This document shows positions 37,291-64,000 of a stretch of DNA of 64,000 bases, one piece after another. The notes under the pieces are model-generated. The model had not been told where the DNA came from. It made no database searches and saw only the letters and a program-made list of their open reading frames with translations. The position numbers and the translations under genes were made by a program. How positions within the stretch are numbered: position 1 is the first letter of the stretch; each line of letters starts with the position of its first letter. The stretch is from the NCBI RefSeq assembly GCF_009914755.1, contig NC_060939.1. One strand, given 5' to 3'. The stretch comes from the human T2T-CHM13v2.0 reference genome, Homo sapiens.

Positions 37291-37664
<374 letters not shown>

Positions 37665-37954
37665 TCACACCACTGCACTCCAGCCTGGGCGACAGAGTGA
37701 GACTCTGTCTCAAAAAACAAAAAAGTGAGCTTTAATAAATTCTATAAAACTTTTTTCTAGTTGAGAGTACGTTACTACAAGCTAACTTTTAAAAAAGTCA
37801 TATTATTTGATTACTAGGAACTTTGCAATTAGTTTTGCTTCTTCTGGTTTTTATTTTTGCCTGGCACAACATTTCCTTCCTTGGCCCCTGTCTGTATTAA
37901 TAATGCTGCCAGGATATACTGAATGATTTTATTCCAGTTTTTTCTACCTTAATT

Positions 37955-39265
<1,311 letters not shown>

Positions 39266-39331
39266 ATCATAATGTGTATTCCACCAATAAGAGTCATTGA
39301 GTCTGTAAATGTTTTTTTTTTTTTCCTTTGA

Positions 39332-39490
<159 letters not shown>

Positions 39491-40579
39491 TAGTAGAGAT
39501 GGGGTTTCACGATGTTGGTTAGGCTGGTCTGGAACTCCTGACCTCAGGTGACCCACCTGCCGCAGCCTCCCAAAGTGCTGGGATTACAGGCGTGAGCCCC
39601 CATGCCTGGCCAAGTCTGTAATCTTGATTGAAAGTTTACTTTTGACTGGGCATGGAGCTCATGCATGTAATCCCAGCGCTTTGGGAGGCTGGGGCAGGAG
39701 GATTACTTGAGTCCAGGAGTTTGAGACCAGCCTGGGCAACACAGGGAGACCTCTTCTCTACAAAAAATAAAATTAGCCGGGCTTGGAGGTGCGTGCTGAT
39801 AGTCCTAGCTACTTGACAGACTGAAGTGTGAGGATCACTTGAGCCTGGGAAGTTGAGGCTGCAGTTAGCCAAGATCCATGCCACTGTGCTCTAGCGTGGG
39901 CGACAGAATGAGACCCTGTCTCAAAAAAACAAAAAGAAAAGAAAAGTTGACTTTTTGCCAGCTGTTAGGAAAACATCTGTGGCTCTGGAGGGCGGCTGGT
40001 TTAAAGAAAAAAAAAAACAATCAGACATACCTGATATCTACAAGAGGATAATGAGCTTAGTATGGTGTGTGTAGGAGCCTAGAGGAGAGAGGCTGGGAGG
40101 GGATTCTTGGGGAAAACGGTGGTTGAGTTGGGGTTCAGAGGCAAGCCCCTAGGTCTTAGGCTGGGCACGGTGGCTCATGCCTGTAATCCCAGCACTTCAG
40201 GATGCTGAGGTGGGCGGATCACCTGAGGTCAGGAGTTCGAGACCAGGCTGGACATCATGATGAAACCCTGTTTCTACTAAAAATAGAGGAGAATTTGATG
40301 GCCATTCACAGTCAAGGGAACTGAACACATCAAAGGGATTGCCAGAAGGGCAGAAGTCCTGACTTACAGGTATAAGGAGAAACAGAAGAGGAGACAAGGT
40401 GTGGGGTCTACCAGGTGGGCAGGCCCATTGAGTAGAGGGTACATGGCATTCATTGAAGGATTTTCATCAAGGCAGTCTTCTGGTAAGATACGGGGAAGTC
40501 CACAGGCTAATTGGAAAACAGAAAGAATGAGATCATGGAGACAAATTTAGGGACTGACTCCGTCTGTATTAATTTATAC

Positions 40580-41212
<633 letters not shown>

Positions 41213-41663
41213 GCCTGATTCATTGATTGATTATTATTTGAAATGGGGTTTCACTCTGTCATCCAGGCTATAAAGCAGTGGCGTCATCTCAGCTCACTGC
41301 AACCTCCACCCGCCGGGCTCAAGCAATCCTATCTCAGCCTTCTGAGTAGCTGGAAGCAGAGGCGTGTGCCTCCGCTCCCAGCTAATCTTTTGTATTTTTG
41401 GTAGAGACGGGGTTTCACCATATTTCCCAGGCTGGTCTTAAACTCCTGAGCTCAAGTGATCTGCCTGCCTCAGCCTCCCAAAGTGCTGGGATTATAGGCA
41501 TGAGCCACCGTGCTTGGCTGACCTCTGATTTATATGGCCAGATGGGGGCAGGTACTCAGTTGCTTGTGCATATTTTGTTGGGAGATCACAAGTTAGCAAG
41601 ATAAAAGTGCTTTCATCACAGAGGTTTCAGTCTAGTAGAAGTTAAATTTTTGTGCCGGGTTCA

Positions 41664-41960
<297 letters not shown>

Positions 41961-43147
41961 TTAATAGGTGAGATCATATGAAACATAAATATAAGTACTG
42001 ATGTAGGGATTGTGCTTTGTGAATGGGTCTCTGCCTGCAAAACATTCCTGAGAAGCTTTCTGAAGGGTTCAAGCTGAGAACAGAAGGATGGAGAAAGAGA
42101 TTCTGTAAGTTAGGAGGCAAGAATCTGAGCTAAGATTTGGATGTGACAGGACCATGAGTGGATAGGGAATGTTTTGTTTCTTGAGTGGGAAGTGGGAAGC
42201 ATTTTGGGAACAAGGTAAGGAAGAGAGAGGAGGCTGCAGTGTTTTTAAGGAGTCCTGCCCACGCCAAGAAGTCTGGACTGGAGGTCATTTGCTTTAAACA
42301 TGTCATCTCAAGCATGTGTGATCTATTTGGAGCAAATATAATCAAGGGAAGTTTTAAACAGGAGAGTTTTCAGAGCAGTGGAGTCTGAAAAGTTGCCCTA
42401 AAATAAGGTTGAGCATAAGAAAGTCCTTCTTGCTTCTGGAAAAAGTGGACTATGGGTGCTCACTCTTTGGGGCCAGACAGAGAAGAATTAAAAATCATGG
42501 GCTGGGTGCGGTGGCTCACCCCTGTAATCCCAGTACTTTGGGAGGCCAAGGTGGGTGGATCACGAGGTCAGTTCAAGACCAGCCTGGCCAACATAGTGAA
42601 AACCACGTCTCTACTAAAAATACAAAAATTAGCTGGGCATGGTAGCGCATGCCTGAAGTCCCAGCTACTTGAGAGGCTGAGGCAGGAGAATCACTTGAAC
42701 CCAGGAGGCGGAGGTTGTGGTAAGCCGAGATCATGCCACTGCACTCCCGCCTGGGCAACAGAGCAAGACTCTGTCTCAAAAAAAAAAAAAAATTGTGTTA
42801 TTTCTCCCTTTTGCACCTAATCTCCCACTGAAGATGACTGCAACTTTCCTGTGAATTCTGAACCTGCTGCCAAAAGATACTTCTTTATATTCCATGATTT
42901 TGTGTAAAACTTTGTGGTGAGAATTAGAGAAAGCTTAATTTGCTGCTTGGCATCCAGAATTAGGAGGCCAAGTTAGGCTCCCATGTTAATTTTCAGAAAG
43001 CCCATGTTCCTGATATCTGGTAGGGATGGCGGTGCTGAACTGTGAAGGTGTTGGAAACCAGAATTTTGGCAGAAACGGAGTCAGATTTGAACATGGTACA
43101 AATTTGGACCAAGGGCCTAGTGATAGTTAGGTCAGGAAATTGGGGAC

Positions 43148-43525
43148 TGTATTGGTCCATTCCTGCACTGCTATAAAGAACTACCCGAGCCTGGGTAATT
43201 TATAAAGAAAAGAGGTTTAATTGGCTAATGGTTCTGAAGGCTCTAAAGGAATCATGGCTGGGGAGTCCCTAAGAAACTTGCATCATGGCAGAAGGCAGAG
43301 GGGAGTCAGGCACATCTTTACATGGCAGAAGCAGGAGAGAGAGAGCAAGGGGAGGAGGTTCCACACACTTTCAGACAACCAGATCTTGTGATATATCACA
43401 AGAAGAGCACCAAAGGGGAAATCCACCCCTGTGATCTAGTCACATCCCACCAGGCCCCACGTCCAACATTGGGGATTACAATTTGACATGAAATTTGGAT
43501 GGGGGCACAGACTCAAACCACATCA
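43148..43525 (-). mobile_element. MSTA-like MaLR solo LTR
   Basis: tgtattggtccattcc...ctgggtaatttataaagaaaagaggtttaattggct...aaaccacatca; perfect TSD GGGAC. Confidence 0.85.
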
Positions 43526-43644
43526 GGGACCAAAGAAATATTTTACTTATTTTCAGTTATCAATGGAATTTACTGCTGATGAGAAATAAATGTATCTTGC
43601 CAGTAACTTATAAAGTAATAAAACCGGCCAGGTGCGATGGCTCA

Positions 43645-43899
<255 letters not shown>

Positions 43900-44279
43900 C
43901 TAAAACAAACAAACAAACAAAAAAATCAAAACAATTTCCCTAGAAATGTATAATTATTGACACTTTTTAGTATTTAAAAAATTTTCAGTGATACCCTGTA
44001 TTTACAAAACAAAACAAAACAAAAAAAACGAAAAAGCAAGACAAAAACAAAACAGGCATGGTGATGTGCACCTGTAGTCCCAGCTACTCAGGAGGCTGAG
44101 GTGGGAGGACTGCTTGAGCCTAAGAGTTCAAGCCATGATCTCACCACTGTACTCTAGCCTGGATGACAGAGCAAGACTGTCTCTAAAAATTTTTTTAATT
44201 AAAAAAAAATTTCATCTTGACTTGCTTTTCATGTGAATCTAGTGTATTTGCTACTTTTTGATAATGCTTTGCACTTTTT

Positions 44280-47230
<2,951 letters not shown>

Positions 47231-47412
47231 CATTCTTTTTAAAAAATATTTTTAGTCTTTACATTTCAGAATCAGTATTTCAAATGTGACTTGTAGGACT
47301 ACGTGCAGTGAGGAAGATTGTTAATCATCCTATTCTGACCAGGAGTTCTGACAACTTTGGTGCTGTAGGCGGTGTCTAAGGCAGGTGTCAGCAAATTTTC
47401 CTCTAAAGGAGC

Positions 47413-51774
<4,362 letters not shown>

Positions 51775-52813
51775 GTCAGATAACAAATGTTTAGCTTTGT
51801 GGGTCATATGGTTTATGTTACAACTACTCAACTGTGTGGTTGTAGTCATAGACAATACATAAACAAATGGCTGTGGCTGTGTTCCAAGAACACTTTATTT
51901 ATAGATACTAAAATTTGAACTTCATATAATGTTCACATCATAAAATAAACTTTTCCTTGGATCCTTTCCTCCTTTCCTCCTCTCCCCCTTTCCCCCACCC
52001 ACCATGTAAAAAAAAAAAAAAAAAAAAAAAAGTACCACAGCCAGTTGCAATGGTAGGTACCTGTGCATATCACTATGCCTGTAATCCCACCTACTTGAGA
52101 GGCTGAGGCAGGAGGATCACTTGAGCCCAGGACTGCAAGGTTATATTGTGCTATAATTAAACCTGTGATCGTGCCACTGCACTCCAGCCTGTGCAATATA
52201 GAAAGGCCCCATCTCTTTAAAAAAAAAATATACAGGCAGCAGGCAGGATTTGGCATAGTTTGCTGACCGTCAAGGGCTCTCTTTTCTAAAACATAGGCAT
52301 GGTAAGAATATGTGCAAAGGCCATGGGTGAAGAGCTTTTTATTTTGTTGCTTGTGTTCCAGTTGGTGCATTCTCAAGAGTAGGTACTTTCTTTTCTTGTT
52401 CATTCTCTTCCTGAGCCTATCTTGGGATTTTCTAAGAAGGTTGCTATTAGTCTAGTCTTTTTCCAGCTGCTCCCTAGATTGAGGCGGGAGAGGAGAAATT
52501 CAGCAAAGATTTCTCTCTCCTCATCAAGGCTGTCCCTTGCCTGCTTTCCTGTGGGACAGATGGTGCATGTAGGCAAAAGGCTGGAACATGTTGGCTGCTC
52601 CTGTTACTTGGTGCTTTGAGCAGAAAGGCCTGTTGGGTTAGTTCCTGGGCTCCAGTGCTCAATGTGTGTGTGTCCTGTTTTGTGTTTTTACCCATCTTTC
52701 TGCCTTGGCTTTAGGTTTATATGTTTGCATTTATAAAAACTTCTTATGGAATAGAATTATAATGAAGAGGAGCAGCAAAGAGTTGTGGTTGAGAGCTGGC
52801 AGTACTGGAATCA

Positions 52814-53284
<471 letters not shown>

Positions 53285-54564
53285 CTACCATGCCCAGCTA
53301 ATTTTTGTATTTTTAGTAGAGATGGGGTCTCCCTATGTTATGCAGGCTAGTCTCTAACTCCAAGGCTCAGGTGATCCCTCTGCTCAGCCTCCCAAAATAT
53401 TGGGATTATAGGCATGAGCCTGCAGTGGCCATCACATGGTTTTTATTTTTTGTTTTTTATTTATTTTTAATTTTTTATGGATCTAGTCCTGAATCCAGAA
53501 CATGATTTTTAAATGAACTAATGTTAAAGTACTTAGAAAAGTATCTGCTGCATAGTAAGGATATGTGGTTGTACAATAAATAAAAATAAAGAGAGCTGCT
53601 CACATAGAGTGCAGATTTCAAACCATCTAGTCTTTCTCGTTTTATTACATTGAATTTCTGCTTCTGAATTTTTAATTTTGTTATAAGAAGGATGTTAGTC
53701 CCTCTAAAGTATCATTTCCAATATTTTGTTTATGTTCCATAAATTTTAAGGTTATTTTACTTCAAATTATTTTATAATGTATATGCCTTTTATATTTGTT
53801 TTAGTTATATCAAAATGCAGCTTTCAAAAATATTTTAGTGTGTATAATTATTTCAGATTACTATTAGTAGAAGTGCTTTTTTAAAAGACAAATATTATAT
53901 TTAAGAGACCCTGCCACAAAAGTACTCCTCATGGAAGGGAAGATGGACTGGGGATGATGTGGCAGTTATACAGGGAAAACTTCACATTATTTTGTATTTA
54001 AAACATAACCTGAGGCTGGGTGCGGTGGCTCACGCCTGTAATCCCAGCACTTTGGGAGGCAGAGGCAAGTGGATCACGAGGTCAGGAGTTCAAGACCAGC
54101 CTGCCCACTATGGTGAATCCCCGTCTCTACTAAAAATACAAAAATTAGCTGGGCATGGTGACATGCACCTGTAGTCCCAGCTGCTTGGGAGGCTGAGGTA
54201 GAGAATTGCCTGAACCCGGGAGGCGGAGGTTGCAGTGAGCTGAGATCGTGCTATTGCACTCCAGCCTGGGCAACAGAGTGAGACTCTGTCTCAAAAAGAA
54301 AAAAACCAAAACAGAAAAACATAACCTAATTTTATATTTTGTTTTGTCATACAGTTGTATTTGTTTTAAAATATCTTTCCACCCCTTCCAAAAGTATTTT
54401 ATCCAAGTAGCAGCACATCTTATTTCCATGTCTGGGTTGGACTTTATTTATACTTGTCTGAAACTAAGGAAAAAGAAAGTAATTTATATCAGTTAAAAGA
54501 CCTCTACTTCTCAATAAGTTAGGGGGCGGAGGAATGGGTCTCAATCTACCACTCACTTTTCTGC

Positions 54565-54708
54565 TAGAATTTTTTTTTATATTGATACCTCCCATTCTTT
54601 TTTTATTTTATTTTATTTATTATTATTATACTTTAAGTTTTAGGGTACATGTGCACAATGTGCAGATTAGTTACATAGGTATACATGTGCCATGCTGTAG
54701 AATTTCTT
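54565..54708 (-). mobile_element. Severely 5'-truncated L1PA 3' end with TSD
   Basis: attatactttaagttttagggtacatgtgcacaatgtgcag...catgctg; TSD tagaatttttt / tagaatttctt. Confidence 0.85.
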
Positions 54709-54710
54709 AA

Positions 54711-54902
<192 letters not shown>

Positions 54903-55419
54903 TGAGTAGCTGGGACTACAGATGCATGCCACCATGCCCAGTTAATTTTTGTATTTTTAGTATAGACGGGGTTTCATCATGTTGGCCAGGATGGTCTGAA
55001 TCTCCTGACCTCGTGATCTGCCCGCCTCGGCTTCCCAAAGTGCTGGGATTACAGGTGTGAGCCACCGCACCTGGCCTCAGAACAGTTTATATTTAAAAAT
55101 TATTTCAAAGATAGGAGAGAGTTCCCATGTGTCTCATATGTTTCCCCTATTAACATGTTACGCTTGTTTCATTGATGTACCAATATTGGTACATTTTTAT
55201 TAACTGAAATTTATACTTTATCCAGATGTCTTTGGTTTTTCTAAAATACCCTTTTTCTGTTCCAGGATCTCACCCAGGAAATCACAGTACAGCTAGTACT
55301 CATGTGTCTCAAGGTTGTTCTTGGTTGTGACATTTTCTCACTTTGTTTTGATGACCTTGACAGTTTTGGGGATTACTGGTCGAATGTTTGTAGAATGTCC
55401 CTCAATTAGGGTTTTTAAA

Positions 55420-58925
<3,506 letters not shown>

Positions 58926-59954
58926 GATTAGTTTTTCTAGTCTCCTTTGTCTATTCTGTACAGAATAGTTTTATTGCAGTTTTAGTGTCCTTTAAGTACA
59001 TAACCTTAAGTGTTTGGCTTGGGGATAAATGTAGACTTTGGGAAAATTGAATTGTTGGGAGACCTATCAGGGTCTACTAGCATGTCATAGTGGAGTTTAG
59101 TGGCAATGTCTCCTTCTCTGTATCTTCACTCCCCAGTTGTAGGATATGTTGAATCAGACCTATTATTAACTAACATAAAATATAAGTGAGCCTAATGGCA
59201 GTTCTCTTTAGATTTTCTGTAAAGCCCAGGACACCCATTGTGACCTCTCAGACTCCAAAGCGAATTTCCTAATGGAGTAGAACAAACAGGAAATTATGAG
59301 GAAAGGCAGTCAGAGTTTGAAAAGAGAACACACCAGAAACAATGGAAGATAGGTCCAAGAAACTAGATAAGTGCGAGTTGAGAATTGAATATAATTTTAT
59401 TTAATTTTAATAATACTTTAATTGTAAAAGTAATTCATAATCACTGCAAAAAGTACCAAGCACTGTAAAAATTAAAAATACAAAACAATCTCAAATTGTG
59501 ACAGCCAAGAGAAACCTAAAGAAACATGATTATAATGTTTGTGGCATGTAAGTTTGGTGTCCACAATGGAAAAAGGATATTAGGAAAAAAAAGAAATATA
59601 AGATATAGAAATTAGTTAAAACAATGAGAATAAAAAATGAACACCCAATTCCTGCTCCTAGAAGAAGTAGTACTCTAACATTTGGTGAAGTTCTAAGAGC
59701 CAACATTTTTACCCAGCTTATACTAGGACCTGTTCTAAATAGTATTTTAGCTCATTTAATTGTTAAGCCATTGTATAAAGTAAACAGAATCCCTTCTTTT
59801 GTTACAGATTAGGAATTTAATGCACAGAGGGTTAGATAACTTGCTCAAAGTAACATTGTGGTCAAGAGTCAAAGCTAGAATTTGAATCAAAAGAGCCTGA
59901 GTCCAAAGGCATGGTTTTCATCACTGGACTATAATGGTGTGTATTCTTTCATAA

Positions 59955-60215
<261 letters not shown>

Positions 60216-61652
60216 TGACCTCGTGATCTGCCCACCTCGGCCTCCCAAAGTGCTGGGAATACAGGCGTAAGCCACTGTGCCCAGCCTACATTTTATTTTT
60301 CGATTGACTCCCGTGATCAGAGTCAACTTCCCATGTTATTTTATGTGAATATGTATCAATGAACTATTAGAAATTGCAATGTTTTTGTAGGTCAAAACAA
60401 TTCAATATTGACAATTTTATATGATTCAGCCTAATACATCATTTTTTCCATCAGCCATATTGCATGTTATTATTTATATATACGTTTATTTATTTAGCCT
60501 ATCTGTTCTCTGTGAGGAACATTACACAGTTTCTGAGATTTTGTTACGATAGAAGTCAGCATTGATAAGCCTCTGCGCACCTGTTTTAATGTAGGATCAT
60601 TGGGAACTGAGCAGTAGCTTACAGGGCTTGGGAGGGGATTTAACCATTTAGTCAACCTCCACTCACATCACCCTCCCTTCTTCGATAATGGGCAATTGAG
60701 AAAGGGCAAATGTGTGTAAAAACTATGCAGATGCAGTTTCAGGATTATTTTCTTCTTTTCTGCAGTGTCTTTTCCCAAGCTACATCAGCGTCTAAATTTT
60801 GGAGTTACTGATGCTTCCGTTATTTCTGCAGATAGAATATTATGTCGTAAATAATGTTTACTTGTCCATTAGTATTATATAAAAGTGCCTGTTTCTCCCC
60901 ACTCCAGCTATCATTGATTATTGGTAAAAATTTTAATGTATCCAATTCTAATAGGCAAAGAAAGGCTCTCCTACTTAGATCTTAGGTGGGGGTCTAAGTT
61001 CATATTTTTGTTTTACAAAAATTGAATAGCCAGTGTTTTTGAGTTGAATGATCTATCCATTCCGTATAGGAGAGTTTAATTATATTGTGATTTTGGGGGA
61101 GATAATTTTCACAATTTACCCCCTCAAAATGTAGAAAGTAGAAAAAGGGTAGAAAAATCGCACCAAATTTGAACAATGTAGCATGCTTTTAGAGTTAGGG
61201 ATATTTTCTTTTGGAAGGATTTCAAGTCTGGCGTATTTGCATTGATTGTGGTTATGGCGCATTTAACTTTTCCAAACCAGCTTTTTTGTACCGCACATAG
61301 GAAGACCTGAGGGTGAGTGTAAATTAGGATTGTTTGGCCAGTGGTGTGTGCAAAAATTTATTGTAGAACCAAGAATTATTTCTTTAGTATTTTACACATT
61401 TTAAAAAACAGGTAGACATGTCCATTGATCCCAGGTTGCTTATGGTTTCTAGAGGCCCCCTCTCATTGCAACAGTGCTGTGGGGCCCTAGGGGTCCAGTA
61501 GCCCCCTCCCCCCAGGTCATTCCGGTGAGGGAGGGAGCTGGGACCCCTGCACTGCGGCAAACAAGCACGCCTGCGCGGCCGCAGAGGCAGGCTGGCGCGC
61601 ATGCTCAGGCGGGGATGTGTGCGAAGCCTGCCGCTGCTGCAGCGAGTCTGGC

Positions 61653-61728
61653 GCAGAGTGGAGCGGCCGCCGGAGATGCCTGACGCATCTGTCTGAGGAG
61701 CGGTCAGTGACGCGATGGAGCGGGCAAG
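61653..61728 (+). other. SNRPN: SNURF-SNRPN exon 1 (5' UTR plus start of the SNURF CDS); start position approximate
   Basis: Recognised sequence GCAGAGTGGAGCGGCCGCCGGAGATGCCTGACGCATCTGTCTGAGGAGCGGTCAGTGACGCGATGGAGCGGGCAAG inside a CpG island, followed by the donor GTCAGC at 61729. Confidence 0.93.
61715..61728 (+). CDS. SNURF: First 14 coding nt of SNURF (MERA plus a split Arg codon); the rest of the CDS lies beyond the window
   Basis: ATG GAG CGG GCA AG|gt matches the SNURF N-terminus MERARDRL; good Kozak context (GCG-ATG-G). Confidence 0.9.
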
Positions 61729-62415
61729 GTCAGCTGTGCCGGTGGCTTCTCTCAAGAGACAGCCTGGGGAGCGGCCACTTTTATTCATCAGATATTCCAA
61801 GTTTTTAGGACTTGGAGTACTGAATAAACGGAATTTGGGCCCTAAAGTCCTTTGTTCTGGAGAACCAGATCCGGAATGTTCAGAGGCTTGCTGTTGTGCC
61901 GTTCTGCCCCGATGGTATCCTGTCCGCTCGCATTGGGGCGCGTCCCCCATCCGCCCCCAACTGTGGTGTCGCGACAGGTCCTATTGCGGGTGTCTGCGGT
62001 GGGAAGGGCGGTGGTGACTGGGAGCATGCGGGGTAACCGCAGTGGGCAAGGGACATGGGTGGAGGTGGGTACATCAGGGTGATTGCAGTTCCGTGTGGCG
62101 AGGGTACGTGGGGGGACCAGTGCATAGGGATTTTAGGCGGAGGTAGGTATATTGGAGTGATTGTGGCGGGGCGAAGGTACGTGAAGTGATCGGTATTTAG
62201 GGGGTGTTGAGCGCAGGTAGGTGTATAATAGTGACCACTGCGTGGTGGAGCAGGGTACGTGGGGCGACTGGGGGGGGAATTCGTCGCAGTGACCGAGGCG
62301 AGGAGGCTATGGCAGTGGACCAGGGGGATGAGTCGGTGTGACAGTGGTGGGGGTTGTGTTGGTGGTCGCGGCGCGGGGAGAGTCCGTAGGAAGTGGCTGG
62401 GAGGTAGGGGGAAGG

Positions 62416-62540
62416 CGGCGACAGTGGGTATTGGCGGCGGTGGGCATTGGCAGCGGGTAGGCATGGCGGTGGTGGACTTTGGCGGCGGTAGGCATGGCGG
62501 CGGTGGGCATGGCATGGAGGCGGTGGGCATGGCGGCCGCG
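62416..62540 (+). repeat. G-rich degenerate tandem repeat (about 15-16 bp unit, TGGCGGCGGTGGGCA-like)
   Basis: About 7 imperfect copies read directly, e.g. tggcggcggtgggcat, tggcggcggtaggcat, tggaggcggtgggcat. Confidence 0.8.
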
Positions 62541-62939
62541 GGGCCTGTCGCTGTCCGGAGTGACTAAGGGACGCTGAATGATTGCTGTGTAGAGGAGGGG
62601 GCATCAGAAGGGGCAGTAGCACAGTCCGCAGCCTTTAATTTTCCTGTGACCTGCGATGGTCATCTGGTTTGCCTACTGTGGTGGTGGTGCTTTTTTATTA
62701 AAACTGCGCAATGCCTACACTGCCGCAGGGGCTGCAGAAATGCGTGGAATCCTTGCGTACCCTTTAGGAACCCTCGCTTTAGAGGCTATGGCATAAGAAG
62801 ACTGGAATGATGTGCAGAACTTGCATTTACAGATCTTTTGACTGATAGGCCAGGTGATGCCTGGGGGTTACTTTTTTTTCATTGTTTCTCTCTGTTGGGA
62901 ACCAGGTCTTGGAAGGCTATGTCGAAATAACCTGGGGGT

Positions 62940-63080
62940 CTGTGTTGCGTCACTGCCATTGTGCAGCTCCTTCAAGATGGCCGCCGCTGCAGCGGCTTAG
63001 ATCTGCGCAAGCGCTTCAGCGGGGGGGTGGCCGCTTCCTCCCTGTAGAGCCGCCAGTGGGGAGGGGGCAGGTGGTGTGTG
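62940..63080. promoter_or_regulatory. SNRPN intron-1 enhancer-like motif cluster (YY1/NRF1/Sp1)
   Basis: YY1 consensus CAAGATGGCCGCC 62973-62985, NRF1-like TGCGCAAGCGC near 63004, G-run GGGGGGGTGG near 63021, within a second CpG cluster. Confidence 0.75.
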
Positions 63081-64000
63081 TTCAGCTTCTGCTGTTTCGG
63101 AGTTTCAGCCGTACCCTCTTTAGGGTGCAGTGGTAAGGAGAGGAAGCCGGCCAAGGTGGGCGGCTGCCCCCTCCCCAAAGTGCTGCTTGGGAAAGGATGC
63201 AGGTTGCGCAGACGCAGCAGAGGTGACAGTCGCCTCCGCTTGCAGTGGGGCGAGACGTGGGGCAGGGGAGCGAGGGCTTACGCAGCTTTTGCCTGGAAGG
63301 AATGGCAGCCCTCCCCTTCACCTGGCTGATACAGCAGCTGTTCCTTTCCGGTTGTGGCGCAGTAGAGGGGGGAGGAGGGAGATGGGTTGGCGCAGGCTCC
63401 GCCTAGCAAGCTTGGCAGCCACCCCTTACCCACGGTGCAGCAGTAGAGGACTGGAGGGGAATGTGGCTAGAGGCCAGGCATTTGTACCACCTCCGCCTGT
63501 GTGGGATGGCAGCTGCACTGGGCTACTGCTTTTCAGCTCTGCAGTAAACTAGAGTGGTGGGGGCCTGGAGGCCATCAAAGGTGCAGCCACCCCAAGACCT
63601 GCTGTGCTGTTTCAGCAAGCCTCCATTAATGATAGAGATTTTAAATTGGTTTTCTGACTCCCTGGAAAATCGTACCTTTTCATTTTTGTAGTTCCTCTCT
63701 TGGTTGTATTGTGCGCTAATTCTCTATTTTCAAACTGGACTTGTTAACCCCTTTTTTTTAACTCCCTGTAGTCTTTGATTTCCATTCGACACATTTAATA
63801 AATGTCACCATTTAAGATTCAGTTATCCTTCTTAATCTCTGGATAGTCCATTCTGATGCACTGCATACTTTCCTTAAATGGGTTGGGGGAGAGGGCATCG
63901 TGATGGCTCTTCCCGACTAAGGTTGAAAGGTGTTTCAAACACTGGACCTCTTCATCTTCTGGGAGTTGAAAGCTGCAAGTTTTGTGCTCAAAGAGAATAA

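Larger units (their letters stand above)
61540..62570. promoter_or_regulatory. CpG island: PWS imprinting centre / SNRPN promoter DMR
   Basis: Dense CpG; NotI sites at 61575-61582 and 61663-61670; NRF1-like GCGCATGCTCA 61597-61607; GC box 61608-61614; ZFP57 hexamers at 61554-61559 (reverse) and 61629-61634. Maternal methylation is established knowledge, not visible in the sequence. Confidence 0.92.

Noticed and set aside
61384-62622. Pro/Arg-rich minus-strand ORFs (188, 216 and 141 aa)
   Set aside because: Expected from the GC- and G-skewed island; no recognisable protein.
61729-64000. SNORD116/115-type snoRNAs or SmN coding exons
   Set aside because: None recognised; they lie downstream, outside this window.

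Overview
Repeat-dense primate (human-like) genomic DNA, not microbial. The CpG island at about 61.5-63.4 kb contains SNURF-SNRPN exon 1 (ATG GAG CGG GCA AG|GTCAGC, encoding the SNURF N-terminus MERAR). This identifies the window as the bipartite Prader-Willi/Angelman imprinting centre on 15q11.2. The PWS-IC (promoter, exon 1, intron-1 enhancer) lies at the right end. About 34-35 kb upstream is a mostly unique-sequence block with candidate non-coding upstream exons that fits the AS-IC. The remainder is roughly 70 Alus by manual count, many LTR/ERV remnants, L1 and DNA-transposon fragments, RPL5 and RPS27 retrocopies nested in a full MaLR provirus, a U13 snoRNA retrocopy and an AT-rich palindromic tandem repeat. 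The main system is already well described. The best leads for new biology are a sense-oriented THE1 LTR in a first-exon-like state, the palindromic repeat and orphan CpG cluster next to the AS-IC, and an intact RPS27 retro-ORF downstream of an LTR12. Repeat subfamily names and upstream exon identities come from recall and are unverified.
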